Part shown: positions 27,583 through 31,989 of the stretch, one piece after another
Layout: every line of letters starts with the position of its first letter
Numbering within the stretch: position 1 is the stretch's first letter
DNA from: an uncultured Dehalococcoidia bacterium
GTDB taxonomy: Bacteria > Chloroflexota > Dehalococcoidia > Lucifugimonadales > UBA3495
NCBI GenBank assembly: GCA_950072105.1
Contig: CATMOE010000043.1
Coordinates: 1-31,989 of the forward strand
DNA length: 31,989 nt
Direction: 5' to 3'
Made by a program: the position numbers and the translations under genes
The notes under the pieces: model-generated
Seen by the model: only the letters and a program-made list of their open reading frames with translations
Told to the model about the DNA's origin: nothing
Database searches by the model: none

Positions 27583-28810
27583 AACGTTGAATTCCCCCTT
27601 TGACGTAACCTTTATGATCCACCAAGCTCTCAACTTGGGCTGTTAGCGATGGGTCGAGGTACCGGTCTGTCTCCAAAAAGTACTCCGGGTATATCGGAAG
27701 TCTGGGTCTGAGTTCGTGTCCTTCCGCGCCGGTACGTTCTCGTAACTGGGCCAATCCCGGCCAGGGAGCCTCGGGATTGACGTAGTCGATAGTTAGGGGC
27801 GAAACCCCACCCCAATCGTTGATGCCCGCTCCGATGTAGGCCTGATAATCGTCTGAGTTCAGGTTGGGCGGGACCTGTATGTTCATATGCTGACCCAGGA
27901 TCAATCGGGCAACGGCGACCGTCCACAGCAGTTCATCCGAAGTAGCATCCGGCGCATCCTTCATGGGAGTGTCCGGCTTGGCCCGGAAGTTCTGAATTAT
28001 CACTTCTTGGATGTGCCCGTGGGCGGCGTGGAGCTTCCGGATTGCCAGCAAGGCGTCGATACGTTCCATCCGGGTCTCGCCGATTCCAATGAGCAGCCCA
28101 GTTGTGAAAGGAACCCCCAACTCCCCAGCGATCTCGATGGTCCGGAGCCGCACCCTGGGACGCTTGCTGGGAGCGAACTCGTGGGGGCCGCCTTCTTCGT
28201 ACAAACGAGGGCTGGTGCTTTCCAGCATCAAGCCCATGGAGGGATTGCAAGGGCGCAGGGCCGCCATCTCCTGGCGGCTCATCGTTCCGGGATTGGCGTG
28301 GGGTAGAAGTGAAGTCTCCTCCACTACCAACTTACACATTGCCGTCAGATATTCCAGAGTCGTGCGGTAACCTCTGATTGCAAGCCACTCCTTGGCTTCG
28401 GGATACCGGGCCTCCGGGCGCTCTCCCAGGGTGAAAAGTGCTTCGGTGCAGCCCAGCCGCTGGCCGGCCTGCGCCACTTCCAGCACCTCTTCAGGTGTCA
28501 TGTAAAGGTGCTCGCCCGCCTCACCGGGGTCTTGGCGGAAGGTGCAGTAGGAGCAAAAATCGCGGCACAAACGGGTCAGAGGGATAAACACCTTGGGGGA
28601 GAATGTAACCGTCTTGCCTTTGCCCATATCCCGAATGTGCGCCGCAGCGTGGCAGAGTTCGTTCAAACTTGAACCGCTCGCGTCGACGAATACGGATGCC
28701 GATTCCCCAGGCAATTCCTCCCCCGACCGGGCCGAGTCTAGGACTTCCCATAAAGGAATGGTTGAGGCACTCATTAAAGGCGCGCCTGTTGTAACTGTTG
28801 AAACGTTCAA
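27569..28810 (-). CDS. cofG: FO synthase subunit 1 (CofG), radical SAM
   Basis: TFSPKVFIPLTRLCRDFCSYCTF, EALFTLGERP, LPHANPG, QEVIIQNF, QVPPNL, GINDWGGVSP. Start is TTG 28810 or ATG 28774. Confidence 0.95.
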   Translation of the reverse strand: MNVSTVTTGAPLMSASTIPLWEVLDSARSGEELPGESASVFVDASGSSLNELCHAAAHIRDMGKGKTVTFSPKVFIPLTRLCRDFCSYCTFRQDPGEAGEHLYMTPEEVLEVAQAGQRLGCTEALFTLGERPEARYPEAKEWLAIRGYRTTLEYLTAMCKLVVEETSLLPHANPGTMSRQEMAALRPCNPSMGLMLESTSPRLYEEGGPHEFAPSKRPRVRLRTIEIAGELGVPFTTGLLIGIGETRMERIDALLAIRKLHAAHGHIQEVIIQNFRAKPDTPMKDAPDATSDELLWTVAVARLILGQHMNIQVPPNLNSDDYQAYIGAGINDWGGVSPLTIDYVNPEAPWPGLAQLRERTGAEGHELRPRLPIYPEYFLETDRYLDPSLTAQVESLVDHKGYVKGGIQRYAGQ

Positions 28811-28925
28811 CTCTCTCTAACTCGCTGAGTACAAGACGTCTGGCGAGGATTCGAGCATCGCATTACTCGTTAGGGTCTGCAGCGGCAGATGGTTCGCTAC
28901 CCTATCCTTAGGTGGGCAGGAACAT

Positions 28926-28954
28926 ATTGTAGCTTTTCGCCATGACCCAAGCAA
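28926..28954 (-). promoter_or_regulatory. Sigma70-like promoter for the cof operon
   Basis: Minus strand TTGCTT-17 nt-TACAAT. Confidence 0.55.
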
Positions 28955-29051
28955 CTATCGCCGTATCTATGAGCGCCAACAAAGAGAAGATGTTGGTAGG
29001 GGAATTGCGTGATTGTACGGCGGGATAACCGGCAAACGATAACCGTGGCTG

Positions 29052-30080
29052 TTAAAGCCCGGCCAGACGGCTTTGGTCTGACGGCTCGGCTCGTTGATAG
29101 GTCTTGCCCAGGTACTCATAAGCCGCCCTGGTGGCCATCCGTCCCCTGGGCGTACGGTCTAAGAAGCCAAGTTGTAAAAGGTAGGGCTCCAGGACGTCCA
29201 TGATTGTATCGGAGTCTTCGTTGATCGACGCTGCCAAGGTCTCCAAGCCCACCGGTCCGCCGTCGAATTTGTCGATGAGACTCGATAACAGACGGTGGTC
29301 CGACTGATCCAAGCCTAATTGGTCCACGTTTAGTTGTTTCAATCCAGCCCGGGCTACGTCGCCCGTTACCCGGTTGTCCGCCATGACCAGCGCGTAATCT
29401 CTGGTGCGTTTCAGCAGCCGGTTGGCGATGCGCGGAGTGCCCCGAGAGCGGGAGGCGATCTCCTCCAGCCCGTCAAGATCGGCTTCCATCTCGAGGATCC
29501 GGGCTGACCGGGATACGATTATCTTCATGTCCGCAGGTTGGTAGTACTCCAGCCGGAACACTGAGCCGAACCGGTCGCGCAGAGGGGCGCTGAGCAGCGA
29601 GAACCTGGTGGTAGCCCCCACCAAAGTGAAAGGGCTGATGCGGAGATTGACGCTTCTGGCCGCTAATCCTTTGCCCACCATCCACGACAGGAAGAAGTCC
29701 TCCATGGCCGAATATAAGACTTCTTCCACAACCCGATGCAACCGGTGAATCTCGTCGATAAACAGCACGCTGCCGGGTTGTAAGCCGGTGAGAATCGCTG
29801 CCATATCCCCGGCGCGTTCTATGGCCGGGCCCGACGTAACGCGGATCTCCGAATCCATTTCATGGGCGATTATGTGAGCTAACGTAGTCTTTCCCAGGCC
29901 GGGTGGTCCGTAAATAACCACGTGGTCCAGAGGTTCGCCGCGTATCTTGGAGGCCTGGATGGCGATGCTGAGGTTGTCTTTCACATGGGCTTGCCCAACA
30001 AAATCATCCAAGCGCCAGGGCCGCAGAGATAAGTCTATGTCGTCGGGCTGGCTTTCGCCGGAGATCAGCCGTTGCGCCAT
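29052..30080 (-). CDS. ruvB: Holliday junction branch migration helicase RuvB
   Basis: LRP...[63 protein letters not shown] before ATG 30080. Confidence 0.97.
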   Translation of the reverse strand: MAQRLISGESQPDDIDLSLRPWRLDDFVGQAHVKDNLSIAIQASKIRGEPLDHVVIYGPPGLGKTTLAHIIAHEMDSEIRVTSGPAIERAGDMAAILTGLQPGSVLFIDEIHRLHRVVEEVLYSAMEDFFLSWMVGKGLAARSVNLRISPFTLVGATTRFSLLSAPLRDRFGSVFRLEYYQPADMKIIVSRSARILEMEADLDGLEEIASRSRGTPRIANRLLKRTRDYALVMADNRVTGDVARAGLKQLNVDQLGLDQSDHRLLSSLIDKFDGGPVGLETLAASINEDSDTIMDVLEPYLLQLGFLDRTPRGRMATRAAYEYLGKTYQRAEPSDQSRLAGL

Positions 30081-30280
30081 GTCGTCCCCCTCCACAAAAC
30101 CCCCATCAACAACGCCGCGGCCAAGCTCTCAATGCAAGCTCTAATTGAATGAGGCTTGGAGCGCAGAGAACGGAGCGATCCTTTCGGCTTAATTCTAGGT
30201 TAGGGCCGGGAGAGCGTCAAGGAACAAATGGCGCGGGATTCCTGGGGAATGGCGATATGTAACGTTGCTTATGGCCGGGG

Positions 30281-31456
30281 CTATTGCACCGGCCGGCCGT
30301 AAACTTCGATTTCCACCGCGCCCGTGTTGCCCCCGCTGCTGTCGACGGTCTCAAAACGCAGTTTCTTTGCGGTGAGCTCTACGTCAAAATAGTGCACCGA
30401 AGAGGCATCGGCCAAGTCGAATGGGCCAAATACCTCACCCCGATCGGTAATCACCCGGAAGGAGGCTATCTGAGCCGACGTTCCCATGGTCCGGGTCCAA
30501 AACCCCAAGGATGTAACATGGGAATCTTGAGCTAATTCTATTTCGATCCATGCACCGTTGCCTTCTCCTTGAGACGACCACTGTGTTGATGATTTGCCAT
30601 CCAAGACATTGTTGGCGCCGAAGGACGAGTCCATGGATGGGCTGCCGTAATTGGAGCTCACACTGCTGACCCGGCCGCCGTTCACCGCCAACGCCAGGTT
30701 TTCACCCCGGGTATTCTGCTCCGTTCCGGCATCGGCCGGCTTGGTCCGGAACGTCAGATCCTTGTAGCCGTAGACTGTGCCATCGGGGCCGATGCCTCCG
30801 AAGGTTAAGTGGTAGATCGTATCGGGTTCTAGGCCGGTCAACTGAGGCCCGTGGTCGGCATGTCCCCCGCCGCCCATGTCGGAGTCGACGGCCAGATTAC
30901 CGTAATCAGTGGTCTTCCCAAAGGCTACGGCGCAGGCGACGTCGACAGTTGTTTGCGCTATCACCCTGGCGGAGTTCGACGTGATGTCGACGACCTGAAT
31001 CTCCGATTCCAGAATATCCGCCAGATCTCCCAAGGTCCCGGCGGTTTGGGTAACCGGGAGGGAGGCCTCGATCACCGTTGGGCCGGCTACCGACGGAACA
31101 GCGGCTCCGAACGCCGGGTTCTTTTCCATCTCGGTGGTCCCGTCCTTGGCGGCAGAGGTAAGCGCTGGAGCTGGGGATGGGACTTCCTCGGAAGCATCAG
31201 GAGCGGCTACCGGCTCATTGGGGTTGTTGATTGGGGTGATCTCCTTCGAGATTGCCGTGACGGCGGTTGCCGCGAGCTGTGCTTTCACCTCTGGGTCTGA
31301 GGCCGAGGCGGCAAATTGTTGTTGGCTCTCCTGAGGACTGGCCTTCGGTTCAACACCGGCAGGAACAGGGTTTCCACCGCAAGCTACCGATACAACCGCG
31401 ACTATCGCTACCAGGTCTACAGCTAGGCGGCCCATCTTTACTGACTTTATATGCAC
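30281..31456 (-). CDS. Putative lipoprotein with FN3-like domain and C-terminal discoidin (F5/8 type C) domain
   Basis: Lipobox-like VSVAC, Ala/Pro-rich linker, LTGLEPDTIYH, NLAL..GG...SS..ANNVLDG...WSS...WIEIEL...EIEVYG. SD AGGAAAGGT before GTG. Confidence 0.8.
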   Translation of the reverse strand: MHIKSVKMGRLAVDLVAIVAVVSVACGGNPVPAGVEPKASPQESQQQFAASASDPEVKAQLAATAVTAISKEITPINNPNEPVAAPDASEEVPSPAPALTSAAKDGTTEMEKNPAFGAAVPSVAGPTVIEASLPVTQTAGTLGDLADILESEIQVVDITSNSARVIAQTTVDVACAVAFGKTTDYGNLAVDSDMGGGGHADHGPQLTGLEPDTIYHLTFGGIGPDGTVYGYKDLTFRTKPADAGTEQNTRGENLALAVNGGRVSSVSSNYGSPSMDSSFGANNVLDGKSSTQWSSQGEGNGAWIEIELAQDSHVTSLGFWTRTMGTSAQIASFRVITDRGEVFGPFDLADASSVHYFDVELTAKKLRFETVDSSGGNTGAVEIEVYGRPVQ

Positions 31457-31989
31457 AACTTTACCTTTCCTATGGGAAATATTTTCAGGCGGGCCGATTG
31501 GGATTGATGTACCAGGCGTTTACCGATGCGCAGTATTTCCACTACTAGATTACATCTGTGGCCTTCGTTCTTCCAGTACGAATCTCACCTTGCGTTGGAT
31601 TGATGCCGAACGGCTAATAAAGTGATATTACGTCCACCGGGAAAGAGTGAAAGCCTCATCGCTCGATGGTGAATCCATTTTCCGAGATGCCCATCTACGT
31701 AGTGGTTTCGGCAAGAGTCTTGCTTTTCAACGCACTTGTCGGGTCACACAATTCCCCACGCCGCATGACCAAAGACTGGCCCAGGCCGTGCGCTATCTAA
31801 AAGGAGGTGAGTAGATAACACGGACCGTGGCTCAATCTGGTATCCGCGCGAAAAATTAATATCGGAGAATTGTAATGAACAAGCAAATCAAATTGGCAGC
31901 ACTGACCGTTCTTGAGGTGGTCCCGGTTATTTGAACAATAACGGGGCTAGATTAAGAGAGTCTTCCGCTGCCAGAGGCGTTGTGTTGAC

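Noticed and set aside
29052..30080. Solitary ruvB as an unusual system
   Set aside because: Separation of ruvB from ruvA/ruvC occurs in many bacteria, and the protein looks canonical.
31799..31812. 3' end of a 16S rRNA gene on the minus strand (AAAGGAGGTGA)
   Set aside because: The following bases (GTAGATA) do not continue as TCCAGCC, so it is only an SD-like sequence.

Overview
Gene-dense, moderately GC-rich bacterial chromosome segment. The gene content (F420 biosynthesis cofG-cofH-cofD-cofC, two luciferase-like oxidoreductases, an HpaB-like monooxygenase, a class III CoA-transferase, many TTG/GTG starts) is most consistent with Chloroflexota/Dehalococcoidia (SAR202-like); this assignment is inference. 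Core genes are aspS (non-discriminating type), a class I fbp-fba pair with a divergent SorC/CggR-like regulator, fabI, ruvB, a family 5 UDG and a DEAD-box helicase. The left end (about 1.0-2.5 kb) looks like an integration scar: the 3' half of a tRNA-Arg(TCG) with a terminator, tandem arm-like repeats upstream and orphan ORFs downstream. The most notable signals are a chlorite-dismutase-like protein retaining the catalytic residue pattern, well-spaced Shine-Dalgarno sites pointing to non-canonical ATT/ATA starts (DEAD-box helicase, NTF2-like protein), a structured leader in front of the F420 operon, and several unrelated REP-like palindrome families in intergenic gaps. No CRISPR array, rRNA, integrase or transposase is visible.
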